Source: an uncultured Candidatus Sumerlaeota bacterium (lineage in GTDB: Bacteria > CAYMEV01). Taken from it: DNA of 64,000 nt. Positions 21,091 to 32,000 of this stretch are shown here, in pieces. Where the stretch lies: positions 186,001 to 250,000 of the forward strand of contig CAYMEV010000002.1 in assembly GCA_964389675.1 (NCBI GenBank), in the 5' to 3' direction. Within the stretch, counting starts at the first letter, position 1, and every line of letters starts with the position of its first letter. Made by a program: the position numbers and the translations under genes. The notes under the pieces are model-generated. The model saw only the letters and a list, made by a program, of their open reading frames with translations. It was not told where the DNA came from and made no database searches.

Positions 21091-21585
21091 ATGAGAAGAA
21101 AAAACTGTTATTTATTTCCGTTGTTGCTTGCCTTTCTTTTAGTATTCTTCATCTCCTCATCTCAGTTTACTGCACTCTCTCAGGAAACAGATAATACTGA
21201 TACAGAAGAGGAGATAGAAGAGGCAAAAGAAGAGGAAGCTCCTGCGGAAGCCTCTTCCTCAGATGTTACAGATGAGGAAGAAGATCCATTCGTTGACATC
21301 TTTGCAGGGCCTGAGGATGTCAAGAGAGAACCCGGACTTCCTGGTATGAATATAAGCGAACTGCAGCTTATGGGTATTGCAAAAGTAAAGGGAGAGTATG
21401 TAGGCTATGTCAAGGGGATCGACAAAAAGCCTTATATCCTTAGAGTCAATCAAAGGCTTAGGGATGGATATGTCCAGAAAGTTACCGATAATGAAGTAGT
21501 CTATATGCAGAAGGTAGATGATCCAGTAGTGAAAGACAAATATTCACCCATTATAAAAAGATTGCGTGAGGAGGAGGATAAATAG
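21091..21585 (+). CDS. pilP: Type IV pilus assembly protein PilP (no lipobox)
   Basis: DPF motif and LQLMGI beta domain; located between pilO and pilQ. Confidence 0.75.
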   Translation: MRRKNCYLFPLLLAFLLVFFISSSQFTALSQETDNTDTEEEIEEAKEEEAPAEASSSDVTDEEEDPFVDIFAGPEDVKREPGLPGMNISELQLMGIAKVKGEYVGYVKGIDKKPYILRVNQRLRDGYVQKVTDNEVVYMQKVDDPVVKDKYSPIIKRLREEEDK

Positions 21586-23355
21586 ATGCGATTTTCCAAA
21601 CAATTCATGTTACTGTTTTTTTGCCTTGTAATTATTTCCCAGCTTGCCTTTGCAAACTCATATGTAAAAGGAATTGAAAATCTCGAAAATGGAGACTATT
21701 TGATAATTGTTCCTCATCAGGTTGATTACAAGGTATTTGAGCTTCCCAATCCTGAAAGGCTGGTTATAGATCTGAAAAATACCATCACAGAAAACCCCAT
21801 TAATATCAGCATTCAGGATGAAGCAGTAAGGCAGATAAGATGTGCCCAGCATTCAACTGACCCTGAAAATATCTCAAGGGTCGTATTTGACCTTGAGATG
21901 AATTCGCCATATAATGTTACCCAGGATGGCAGGGGCTTGCTGGTCAGCTTCCAGAAACTGGTCCTGAACGAACCTGAAGTAGTACCTGTAATCGACAGTT
22001 TCGTTGATGTTGAGCTTGCTGACAGCAGTGTTGAACTGCCAGAAGTAAAGCTTGTCCAGGAGATGGAAGACCTTCCGCCTGTTGTGCTAACTGAACCGGC
22101 CCAGGAGATCGGGGAAGAAGAGGTCAAAGAATACACTGGTGAGCCTATTTCTCTTGATTTCAAGGATATCAGCGTTGTTGATGTCCTGACATTCCTGGCG
22201 GAAGTTGGTGAAAAGAATATTGTTGTCCACCCGGATGTAAAGGGAAATGTCACATTAAAGATCAATGATGTGGCCTGGGATGCAGTATTCGACATTATAC
22301 TGAAAAATTCAGACCTTGGCAAGGACATCCAGGGGGATGTTATAAGGGTAGCCAAGATGGACAAGCTCACCAAGGAAAAGAAAGAGGAAGCAGAGCTTAA
22401 GATGCAGAAAGCACTTGCAGCTGACCTTGTAACTGAGCTTATTGTCCTTAATTATGCCAATGCTGATGATGTCAAGAAGATCTTTGAAAACTTCAAGAGT
22501 AAGAAAGAAGGGGCAGAGATCATTACGGACAGGAGAACAAATACTGTCATAATAAGGGATATTCCCGAGTATATTGAAAAAATGAAACAGCTTATCGCTA
22601 CACTTGACAGGGAGACACAGCAGGTAGCCATCGAGGCAAGGATTGTTGAAACATCTTCAGATTTCCAGAGGATATTCGGAATAAACTGGAATTCAACATT
22701 CCAGGCAAGCCCTGCATTTGGCAATACAACAAAGTATAAATTCCCTTATACCTATGATACTCAGTTTCAGACAGCCATACCTGTATCCGGTGATGACACA
22801 AGTGCATCAGCAATCAATATTAATATGGGGAATATAACAGGAGCCTTTAACCTCGGAGCTACAATCGAGGCACTTGAGAAGATTGACGGTGCAAGGACCA
22901 TATCAGCGCCCAAGATAGTTGTTCAGAACAATGAAAAGGCTTTGATCGAGCAGGGTACTGAATTTACTGTTGTAATCCCGGGTTCCGGCGGAGGCACCGG
23001 TGCTACTGAAAAGGTAAAGGCTGTCACAAAGATCGAGGTTACTCCTACTATTACACCTGACAGAAAGATCTCTCTTAAGATAGTTGTATCCAAGAACGAG
23101 CCCAGCGATGCAGGTATAGTATACGGGGCAGTTTCAGTTGCAACAAAGATGGTTGAGTCTACCATTGTTGTTGAGGATGGAGAAACAGCAGTCGTAGGTG
23201 GTTTATTCAGCACTCAGAGTCTAAAGACGAACAATACTATCCCGCTTCTGGGTAGTATCCCTATAATAAAGCACCTTTTCTCATCTGAGGTTGATATTCA
23301 GAAGAATACCGAACTGCTGATATTTATCACTCCACAGATTAGAGAAAGTTATTAA
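21586..23355 (+). CDS. pilQ: Type IV pilus secretin PilQ
   Basis: AMIN domain (PERLVIDL), YTGEPISLDF, QVAIEARIVE, IPLLGSIP and ELLIFITPQI motifs. Confidence 0.95.
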   Translation: MRFSKQFMLLFFCLVIISQLAFANSYVKGIENLENGDYLIIVPHQVDYKVFELPNPERLVIDLKNTITENPINISIQDEAVRQIRCAQHSTDPENISRVVFDLEMNSPYNVTQDGRGLLVSFQKLVLNEPEVVPVIDSFVDVELADSSVELPEVKLVQEMEDLPPVVLTEPAQEIGEEEVKEYTGEPISLDFKDISVVDVLTFLAEVGEKNIVVHPDVKGNVTLKINDVAWDAVFDIILKNSDLGKDIQGDVIRVAKMDKLTKEKKEEAELKMQKALAADLVTELIVLNYANADDVKKIFENFKSKKEGAEIITDRRTNTVIIRDIPEYIEKMKQLIATLDRETQQVAIEARIVETSSDFQRIFGINWNSTFQASPAFGNTTKYKFPYTYDTQFQTAIPVSGDDTSASAININMGNITGAFNLGATIEALEKIDGARTISAPKIVVQNNEKALIEQGTEFTVVIPGSGGGTGATEKVKAVTKIEVTPTITPDRKISLKIVVSKNEPSDAGIVYGAVSVATKMVESTIVVEDGETAVVGGLFSTQSLKTNNTIPLLGSIPIIKHLFSSEVDIQKNTELLIFITPQIRESY

Positions 23356-23373
23356 TAAGGAGGAACAGCAAAG

Positions 23374-24330
23374 ATGAGTAAGAAAATTAACATATTATTT
23401 GCAATTATTGCTGCAGTCTGTATATTTCTTGCCATAGGCTGCGGCCAGGCAGAAGATGAGAACCAGGCGCCAACCACCCTCAGGATTACCAATATAGCCG
23501 GCGGGGATTATATTGATGACTCAGGGAAGCTTACAACAAACTGCACTGAGAATACCGGCGGGCTTCTTACAGCATATGTCATAGGTGACCAGACCACTGT
23601 CGGCTATAACTATGATACTCTGGGAAGGGTCACATTCCAGCTTATGCTGAATGCAGAGTCAGCTGATTTTGAAGGAAACTGGGGCTCAGTCATTCTTGAT
23701 ACCTACAGGGTATCCTACAGGAGAACTGACGGAAGGGCGACCCCTGGCCTTGATGTCCCTTATCCCTTTGACGGGGCATGCAATGTGTATATACAGTCCC
23801 CTGAAGCAGGAGGAGACCCCGAAGAGGTCATATTGAACTGGGTCTTATTTGTAAGGGGGACCGCAAAGGATGAGCCTCCATTGTCATGGCTGCATAACCA
23901 GGATGACGGCGAGGATACTTTTATCTCAGAGATCATACTGGATTTCTGGGGCAAGGACCTTATGGGAAATTCAGTTCATGTATGCGGGAAAAACCTTATA
24001 GAATTCCGTTCGATCGGAGAGGCCGAGGTTAATCCCACGCCAACGCCAGCTACAATATTATTAAGCGCAGACCCTTCAGTCATTGACAGTGACCAGACAT
24101 CTACAATTACTGCTACTGTCCTGGATCAGGACATGCTCCCGCTTGAGAATATTATTGTTACCTTCAGTATCGAGAACGGTGTCCTTAATACTACACAGGG
24201 CATTACCGGCGGTTCCGGGGATGTAAGTGTAACAGCAACGCCTACGATTACTGAAGGCACAATGACCATAGAAGCAGATGCAGGATTTGGTGTGGGCGGC
24301 GAAATAACAGTTACTGTTGAACCTAGTTAG
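23374..24330 (+). CDS. Lipoprotein with C-terminal Ig-like (Big_1-like) domain
   Basis: Lipobox LAIGC; C-terminal LSADPSVI...STITATVLD...P...VTF...T. Confidence 0.7.
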   Translation: MSKKINILFAIIAAVCIFLAIGCGQAEDENQAPTTLRITNIAGGDYIDDSGKLTTNCTENTGGLLTAYVIGDQTTVGYNYDTLGRVTFQLMLNAESADFEGNWGSVILDTYRVSYRRTDGRATPGLDVPYPFDGACNVYIQSPEAGGDPEEVILNWVLFVRGTAKDEPPLSWLHNQDDGEDTFISEIILDFWGKDLMGNSVHVCGKNLIEFRSIGEAEVNPTPTPATILLSADPSVIDSDQTSTITATVLDQDMLPLENIIVTFSIENGVLNTTQGITGGSGDVSVTATPTITEGTMTIEADAGFGVGGEITVTVEPS

Positions 24331-24346
24331 GTAAAGGAGTAGTGCT

Positions 24347-24922
24347 ATGAAGTCAAAAATATTTATATTATCGCTTATTGTTTTAGTTATTATGCTGTTT
24401 TTCTCATGTGAGGCGGATAATCCAAATGCACCCGATTATCCTGCTGAAGGAGAGTATACGGGTAATGCATATTCTTTTATCGTATGGGCAACTCCCCATA
24501 TCCTTATGGTGGACGGATCTTCAAGCTCGGTCGTTGCAGCAAGGCTCAGGGACCATCGCGGAAGCGGAGTCCCTGACAAGAGTGTCCTTTTCCAGCTCTA
24601 CTACAATCAGGAAACCGACGTATATGATCCTGACAACAATTCAACACCTGTAGATTTTCACCTTGATGGAACAAGGGAAGAATATGGATTCCTTACGAAC
24701 CAGACAGCCATGACAGACCTTGGAGGGGTTGCAAGGACGGTTTACTACAGCCCGACTGATCCCTTCAGCTCCATATTTGTTTCAGAGTATGGTGCAGAGC
24801 ACCTGGTACCCACGGGTGCTGCCCTTTATATGGTAGTCAAGGGTACGGTATCTGTTGACCTTGATGTAAGGCAGATTGTACTTATCAACTGGTACCCGAT
24901 CATGTTATACTGGCCGTATTAG
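24347..24922 (+). CDS. Lipoprotein with Ig-like domain
   Basis: Lipobox FFSC; ATP..L.VDG.S.S.V.ARLRD..G..V and TD.GG.A motifs. Confidence 0.65.
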   Translation: MKSKIFILSLIVLVIMLFFSCEADNPNAPDYPAEGEYTGNAYSFIVWATPHILMVDGSSSSVVAARLRDHRGSGVPDKSVLFQLYYNQETDVYDPDNNSTPVDFHLDGTREEYGFLTNQTAMTDLGGVARTVYYSPTDPFSSIFVSEYGAEHLVPTGAALYMVVKGTVSVDLDVRQIVLINWYPIMLYWPY

Positions 24923-24926
24923 CGGC

Positions 24927-24969
24927 AAAACAGGGCCTGTATCTATGATGCAGGCCCCTGTTTCTTTTT
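24927..24969 (+). terminator. Rho-independent terminator ending the pil-lipoprotein operon
   Basis: CAGGGCCTGTATC/GATGCAGGCCCCTG stem followed by TTTCTTTTT. Confidence 0.75.
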
Positions 24970-25137
24970 GTATTCTTCACTAAAAATATGCAAACCTTTT
25001 TAATGCCCGTATGTTTAACCTTTTATGAGATATAATACCTTTGCTTATAAAAAGATTTTAAAATTATCTTTTAATTAATAAGCATATCTGGTATTATATT
25101 ATCTGATATTCATTTTGTGTACAGGGGGATTAATCTT

Positions 25138-25887
25138 ATGAAGCACTACCTAATATTAACTGGCCTGTCTCTTTTGATACTGATCTGTTTTGCAGGATGT
25201 GACAGCGTTCCTCTTACCGCGCCGACAGACTCATCAATAGTACTCACTGCAAACCCTGAGGAGATTAATACAAATTCAGGCCAGTCCGTTATTACAGCAA
25301 TGGTCACTGATGCTGACGGAAATCCGGTCGCAAACGGCACGACCATATATTTCAGCACCACACTGGGCACTCTGGATAAGGAGGAGTCTGAAACAACCAA
25401 CGGTATAGCAAAAAACGTACTCCATGCCGGCTCCATGCCGGGCGAAGCTACAATAAGGGCCCAGTCAGGCGGGATCACAGCCAATGTACCTGTATGGATA
25501 GGGGGAAAGCCTGCGGAGATAATGATACTCAATGCAACCCCTTCCGCAATTAATGTAGGGGGGACATCGCAGATAACATGCACACTCCTTACAGCAAGCG
25601 GTTACCCTGTTCCAGGACAGCCTGTGTTCTTTACTGCTGATAACGGTACACTGCAATCTGCAGGGAGCATCACATATACAGACCAGAACGGCCAGGCATT
25701 TGACCTTGTTACAGCAGAATTTGACCTGCCTGACACTGATCCTCCGGAAGGTGTCCATGGGTTTTATATTACTGTAACCGCACATGCCCCATCTTCTGAT
25801 TCATCAGAGTCTCAGTATGAATATGATTCAGGTATCCATGGCTGTTCAGAGCTCAGCCAGTCAGTTCAGATAACTGTGTACAAATAG
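25138..25887 (+). CDS. Lipoprotein with two invasin/intimin Big_1-like domains
   Basis: Lipobox FAGC; ITAMVTDADGNPVANGTTIYFSTTLG and GYPVPGQPVFFTADNGTL...TDQNGQA motifs. Confidence 0.75.
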   Translation: MKHYLILTGLSLLILICFAGCDSVPLTAPTDSSIVLTANPEEINTNSGQSVITAMVTDADGNPVANGTTIYFSTTLGTLDKEESETTNGIAKNVLHAGSMPGEATIRAQSGGITANVPVWIGGKPAEIMILNATPSAINVGGTSQITCTLLTASGYPVPGQPVFFTADNGTLQSAGSITYTDQNGQAFDLVTAEFDLPDTDPPEGVHGFYITVTAHAPSSDSSESQYEYDSGIHGCSELSQSVQITVYK

Positions 25888-25899
25888 ACTGCTGCAGGT

Positions 25900-26697
25900 A
25901 TGACTGATAGATCAAAACAGAATAATAAGGTTTTTTTATCCCCCAGGGTAAAGGAATATAATAAAATACTGCTGAAAAACCCCAAAAGCCTTGTTTTTAT
26001 CAACCTGGGAGATGAATACAGAAAGGGCAGGCTTTACCAGGAGGCTGTTTTAACCCTGGAAGAAGGGCTGAAGCATAATCCAGGCTCAGTGGCCGGATTA
26101 TACATGCTGGGGCTTGTGTATTTTGAAATGGCGAATTATGAAAAATCCAGAACATACCTGGAGAAAGTGCTGGCAATAAAGGAAGATAACCTGAACGCAC
26201 TGAAGCTTATCTCGAGGATCTACATATTCAGCCACTGGATAAGCGATGCAAAAGACCTGCTCATTAAGGCGATAAGGCTTTATCCGGAAGATAATGAACT
26301 AAAGGGCATGTTCAGGGAAGTTGACCCTGACTATGGCAATGAACCGGTTAAAGAACAGAATGCCACAGAGAAGGAAAATGATCCCTCAGATGAAGTGCCA
26401 TCATACCAGGAAGACCCGCCTACCTCTATTGCTACTGTGACTCTTGCCAGGCTTTACATAGACCAGGGCTTCTATCAGAAGGGTATTGCAATAGCAGGCA
26501 AAATACTGAAGAAGGACCCCATGAATCAGGAAGCCATAAGCCTTTATGAAGAGGCTGTGGAGATGCTTAAAAAAAAGAGAAATGCCAGGAAGGCAGATGC
26601 AGCTGAAGATGGACCCGATTCATCAAAAAAAAGGGAGAACAGGCTTAGGTCATTCCTGAAGAATATCACCAAAAAAACAAATAAAGAGGTAAAATAA
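25900..26697 (+). CDS. TPR protein
   Basis: N-terminal TPRs (FINLGDEYRK...), C-terminal ATVTLARLYIDQG. Confidence 0.8.
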   Translation: MTDRSKQNNKVFLSPRVKEYNKILLKNPKSLVFINLGDEYRKGRLYQEAVLTLEEGLKHNPGSVAGLYMLGLVYFEMANYEKSRTYLEKVLAIKEDNLNALKLISRIYIFSHWISDAKDLLIKAIRLYPEDNELKGMFREVDPDYGNEPVKEQNATEKENDPSDEVPSYQEDPPTSIATVTLARLYIDQGFYQKGIAIAGKILKKDPMNQEAISLYEEAVEMLKKKRNARKADAAEDGPDSSKKRENRLRSFLKNITKKTNKEVK

Positions 26698-27056
26698 TGG
26701 ATTTCAAAGAAGTATTATCGCAATTGCTTGAAAAGACCCCGGGAGGACTTGGAGCAGCTTTAGTTGCCAAGGACGGGCTTATTGTCGAGGCTTCAACCAG
26801 GGGCGGCTTCAATATTGAGGAGATAGCTGTTCATGTAACACAGCCTCTGATGAAATCAGAAGATTCTATCCGAAATGCTGAAATCGGGAATTTTCAGGAA
26901 ATGCTGCTTTTTACGGATAAATTCAGCCTTATACTGAAAAATATTACCGAGGAGTACTTCCTGATGACGGTTGTGGACAAGAAAAACGGGATATACGGCA
27001 AAGGCAGGTTTGAATCGGAAAAGGCGATAAAGACCCTTATGCCTGAGCTGTTATAG
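26697..27056 (+). CDS. Roadblock/LC7 domain protein (MglB/MglC-like)
   Basis: 119 aa; GAALVAKDGLIV and GKGRF motifs; TAATG overlap with the TPR gene. Confidence 0.8.
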   Translation: MDFKEVLSQLLEKTPGGLGAALVAKDGLIVEASTRGGFNIEEIAVHVTQPLMKSEDSIRNAEIGNFQEMLLFTDKFSLILKNITEEYFLMTVVDKKNGIYGKGRFESEKAIKTLMPELL

Positions 27057-27067
27057 AAAAGCAGGCC

Positions 27068-27517
27068 ATGCTCAGGGTATTTATATTAAACGGCCCTAAT
27101 CTAAACAGGCTTGGATCGCGAAACAGCAAAATCTACGGTGATGGAAGTATTTCTGAACTTGAAAGATCCATAAAGGACGAATCAGCAAGGCTGTCGATCG
27201 AGCCCTCTGTTCTCCAGACCAATAATGAGGGTGACGCCATAGGTTTTATACAGAACAATGCAGACTGTGATGGCGGTATTGTCAACCTAGGTGCCTGGAC
27301 ACACTATAACTATGCAATCAGGGATGCCTTAACGGATTTTGGAAAACCTGTCATTGAGGTGCATTTATCAAATATATTTTCACGTGAGGATTTCAGGAAG
27401 GAATCTGTGATATCGGATATCTGTTCAGGTATTATCTGCGGTTTTGGATTCGACTCATATATTCTTGCCCTGAATGCGATCAGGGGCCTTATCGCCAGAA
27501 AACACTGTCAGGGATAA
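27068..27517 (+). CDS. aroQ: Type II 3-dehydroquinate dehydratase
   Basis: NGPNLNRLG.R, IYG and EVHLSNIFSRE motifs. Confidence 0.95.
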   Translation: MLRVFILNGPNLNRLGSRNSKIYGDGSISELERSIKDESARLSIEPSVLQTNNEGDAIGFIQNNADCDGGIVNLGAWTHYNYAIRDALTDFGKPVIEVHLSNIFSREDFRKESVISDICSGIICGFGFDSYILALNAIRGLIARKHCQG

Positions 27518-27522
27518 AAAGC

Positions 27523-27552
27523 TTGACAGTTTCCTTCCTTTAATAATAAAAT
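27523..27552 (+). promoter_or_regulatory. Sigma70-type promoter for efp
   Basis: TTGACA-18 bp-TAAAAT. Confidence 0.5.
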
Positions 27553-27660
27553 TCTAATTTTCCTGCTTTTATGTTTTATGGATATTATATTAAGTAAAAG
27601 TAAAAATATAAGTATAAGCAGAAGCAAAAATTAAAATCTAAATGAAAATGGAGATGTACA

Positions 27661-28224
27661 ATGTATTCAACAAGTGATTTCAGGGTAGGCCTGAAAATAG
27701 AGCTCAACGATGAGCCGTATATAATCACTTATTTCCAGCATGTCAAGCCTGGCAAGGGCGGAGCATTTGTCAGGACCAAGCTGAAGAACATGATTACAAA
27801 AGCTGTGCTGGAGAGAACCTTCCGTTCAGGCGAAAAGGTTGAAAAACCCGACATTGAGGAAAAAAACATGTCCTACAGCTATATGGAAGAGCCGAATTAT
27901 GTATTTATGGATAATGACACATATGAACAGATATTTATTTCAGCTGAAGATGTCGGTGACTCAGCCAGATTTCTTAAAGAGGATATTGAGGTGTCTGTCC
28001 TGTTCTATAAAGGTAAGCCAATAGAGGTAGTACTGCCTATATTTGTTGAGCTGGAAGTGACATTTACCGAACCTGGCGTAAAGGGTGATACAGCAACCGG
28101 TGCAACAAAGCCGGCTACCCTTGAGACAGGCTATGTTGTAAATGTGCCTTTATTTGTTCAGGAGGGTGATATCCTCAAGATAGATACCAGGACCGGGGAG
28201 TATATAGAAAGAGTAAAAAAATAA
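27661..28224 (+). CDS. efp: Elongation factor P (Lys-type loop)
   Basis: HVKPGKGGAF, PGVKGDTA and KPATLETG motifs. Confidence 0.97.
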   Translation: MYSTSDFRVGLKIELNDEPYIITYFQHVKPGKGGAFVRTKLKNMITKAVLERTFRSGEKVEKPDIEEKNMSYSYMEEPNYVFMDNDTYEQIFISAEDVGDSARFLKEDIEVSVLFYKGKPIEVVLPIFVELEVTFTEPGVKGDTATGATKPATLETGYVVNVPLFVQEGDILKIDTRTGEYIERVKK

Positions 28225-28967
28225 TGGAGTCTCTCTATTATATCAGGCCTGAGACTGATTCAGGCCCCCATAACATGATAATAGATGAGAAACTGATGGC
28301 CCTTTCCCGGAAAGAGGGGAAGAGCTTCTTCAGGCTTTACCACTGGGATCCCGTCTGTATATCCCTTGGCAGGGGACAGTCACCGGAATCCCTTCTTAAT
28401 ATGGATTATATTGAATCAAAAGGATATCAGTGCATCAACAGGATAACAGGAGGCAGTTATGTCCTCCATAAGGGAGACATAACCTATGCAATCACCGTAT
28501 CATCTAAAAGCAGCATGTTCAGCCTTTCATTGATCGACTTATACAAGAAGGTCCACAATGCCTTTTATAAGGCAATTATCAGCTCAGGCATTGATAAAGG
28601 CCTGGTATATTTTGGCAGCGGCAGTTTCAGGAGAGAGCATAAACAGCTGCCGTGCTTTTCTCATTATTCGAACAATGAACTGCTGCTTGAAGGGAAGAAA
28701 ATCCTGGGAAGTGCACAAAAGAGAGGAAAGGATTCTCTACTTCAGCATGGCTCTCTACTTGTCGAAAACTCCCTTTATGACCTTTTCAGAATACAGAAGA
28801 CTTATGCCGAGTTCAGCGAAATAGAAAGGAGCATTACATATATTCGCAAATATACAGATATATCATATGAAGATTTATATATGCGGATAATCAATGCGAT
28901 AGGCGAAGAATTCAATCAAAAAATTATTATTGCTGAGCTTAAAGAAGTGCTTGAAAATCTCTCATAA
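28224..28967 (+). CDS. Lipoate-protein ligase family, LipM-like octanoyltransferase
   Basis: NM.ID, RLY.W, R.TGG..VLH, PCF, GKKILGSAQ and LQHGS motifs. Confidence 0.8.
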   Translation: MESLYYIRPETDSGPHNMIIDEKLMALSRKEGKSFFRLYHWDPVCISLGRGQSPESLLNMDYIESKGYQCINRITGGSYVLHKGDITYAITVSSKSSMFSLSLIDLYKKVHNAFYKAIISSGIDKGLVYFGSGSFRREHKQLPCFSHYSNNELLLEGKKILGSAQKRGKDSLLQHGSLLVENSLYDLFRIQKTYAEFSEIERSITYIRKYTDISYEDLYMRIINAIGEEFNQKIIIAELKEVLENLS

Positions 28968-29049
28968 AAGTATAAAAATTAAATATATAGACATTTATTT
29001 TTTTGAAATTAGTATTATCCTGTGATAGTATAAGCGTGGTGTAATATAA

Positions 29050-32000
29050 ATGGCAAGGAATGACAGAAGACAGCTCTTAAAGATGCATAAGATAGCGGAG
29101 AACTACAGGCAGAAGGGCCAGCATGCCAATGCTATCAGAGAATATGAAAACATAATGAAGCAATTCCCCCAGGAAAAAAAGCTGTATAATACCCTGGGAG
29201 ACCTTTATCAGCTGGTCAGGGACAAGAAGAACGCTATAAGAAGCTATATTTCGTATGCCAAAGCACTGGAAGATAATGGATTTACACTCCAGGCAATAGC
29301 AGTCTACAAAAAGATTACAAGGCTGGACAATGAAGATCCGGAAGTATATACAAAGCTTGCAGACCTGTATAATCAGCAGGGCATTATTGCAGAATCAATC
29401 TCCATGTACATGCACCTTGCAAATATCTATCAGAAACAGGGCCTGGTAAAGCGGGCAATATCCGTTTATGAAAAGGTAATAGACCTTCAGCCTGATAACC
29501 TGAAGATTATAGCCCTCCTGGCAGATCAGTACCTCAAGGAGGGAATGAAGGCTGAAGCTGTCGATAAATATCTCCTTTTTGCTGATATACTGCTAAAGAA
29601 AGATGAATGGGACAAGGTAAAAAGCGTATATAACAAGATTCTTGAACTCGACCCTGAAAATATCAAGGTAAGAAAGGGCATTGGCAATCTGTATTTTCAT
29701 GTAGGAGATTTTGAAAATGCTGAAAAATACCTTGTACAGGCGATCAGGGATTTCCCGGATAATGAGGAGATACTCAAGGACCTTGGTGAAGTCTATATTA
29801 AGGTCAAGGATTTTCAGAAGGCAAGGAAGATCTATGACCGCCTGACAGTTCTGCTTCCTGATGATACATCCATCAGAAAAAAGCTGGCTTTTATCCTTCT
29901 TAATATAAGGGATGATGAAGAAGCTAAAAAGCATCTTGATGTCCTTATACAGCATTATAAATCAAACAGTGCATATGATAAAATGGTCGATATGCTTAAT
30001 GATGCGAAAAAACTGAGAAAAAATTTCTACTTTGCCTATAATTCACTCATCGATACATACAGCTTCTTAAAGCAGGAAGCCAATAAGTATGATATAATGA
30101 AAGAGCTGGGCATAAGATACTATGAGGATGAAAAAATTTTTGAAGCATATGAAATATTTAAGGAAGTTAAATCCATTTTCAATAAGGATAAAGAGTTTAT
30201 TACCGCTTTTGATGATGTGGAAAAAAGGGTAAGGGAATCAGATCTGGAGGGAGGACCAGCCGCTGCTGATACTGAAAAAGAAGCCTCTGTAAGCGAATTT
30301 GATATGGAGAGTGAAGAGGGAGAGATAAATTTTGAGATACCTGAGGATCTGGTTTTTGAGACTGATGCCAGTTCAGGCGATGTCTCAAGGTCTGTCAGCG
30401 AAGAAATAGATGAGGTCAGCATTCCAGTAGATGATATTCTTGATGAAAGCAAGGAAGACATCATGGACCTTCAGTTCGGGGAACTGAAAAAGGATGAGAA
30501 AGGCAATGAGACCGATGAGGTTATTATTGTTGATGATGATTTCATCACTGAGGAAGATGATTTCTTTTCAGAGGAGTCAGCTGAAAAAGTGGAGATATCA
30601 GAGGATGAGCTTGAGAGGGAAATAGACCAGCTGGAGCTTAACGAAAGCCAGGAGGTCCCTCTTCTAATAGATAAAGAGGAACACGTTGACAAAAGCGATG
30701 TTATTGTTGAGGACCTGGAGGTTGATCTGATCGATGACGAACTGTCTTCGGAATATGATAAAAAGATGGATAATGTATTCGACGCCATTGATGAAGCAGA
30801 GCCTGAACCTTCAGAAGGCAGGGAGCTGCTTGAGAGCCAGGAAGATGAAACATATTCTCAGATAAAGGAAAACCTGACTGAAGCAGAGGTATTTCTGAAA
30901 TTCGGGCTTACAGAGAAGGCTTATAAGCATATTAAAGCTGCCCTGGATATCAACCCGGATAATATTGATACTCTGTTGAAACTGAAGGAGCTTTATTCCC
31001 TGGAGGGCAAAAAGCAGGACCTTGTTGCTGTAAGCATGAGGATTGCTGACCTGTATCAGAAGAAAAATGACGAAGAAAATGCCCTGAAGGAGTATAAATT
31101 CCTTCACTCCATTGACCCGACAAACCCTGTGCTCAAGGATGTTTTCAAGGAAGAGGAGATCTCCTATGATGCAGGTGAAAAACAGTATGACAGCCTTCTT
31201 CATAACCTGATAAAGGAAACCGATGTAGAGGATGATTTTGAAATTATAGAGGAGCAGGAAGGTTCATCGGAATCTGGCGTGTCAGACCTTATATACACAC
31301 TCAAGAACGATAAGCTTTATGATCAGGAATCCATTGATCAGGATCTGGTGGATGCCCAGGACCTTTTCAGCAGTGAAACATTTGAGGAATTAAAAGAGGA
31401 AGAAACTGGCGAAGAGGCTGAGAGGGAAGAGGTAAAGGACGAGGAGAATGTCGAGGAGTTTACTGATGAAGATTTATCAGGGGAGGATATGGAGATTGAT
31501 TCCAGCCTTTCTGATGATTTCTTTGAGCTGGTCAGCCCTGAGGACAGTGAAGAGCATTACGACATAGGTGAGGAGATGGGCCTGATAGGGCCGGAAGATG
31601 TTACTGACTCTGATCAGTCAATTACCCAGATTGTGGAAGAATTTAAGAAAGGGGTCCAGGACCAGCTTTCCCCTGAAGACTATGAAACTCATTATAACCT
31701 TGGCATAGCCTTCAAAGAAATGGGATTGATCGAAGATGCAATTGAAGCCTTTGAAAAGGCTGCAAGCACCGGGAAGATCATGATAGAGACAATCAGCATG
31801 CTTGGGCTCTGCTATATAGAAAAGGGAATGTATCAGAGAGCTATTGACCAGTTTAAGAAAGGCCTTGAGTACCTGGAGAAGGATTCTGAAGCTTATATTG
31901 GCATGATCTATGATCTTGCCAATGTATATGAAGTCAGCAATGATCCTGAGAGATCATATATATACTTTGAAGAGATAATCAGTAAAAAGCCTGATTTCAG

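Noticed and set aside
27555-27640. Possible structured RNA upstream of efp
   Set aside because: Only a 6-bp CTGCTT/AAGCAG match in AT-rich sequence.
30240-31650. Acidic low-complexity stretch as a repeat array
   Set aside because: An in-frame Asp/Glu-rich linker of the TPR protein with no exact DNA repeat unit.
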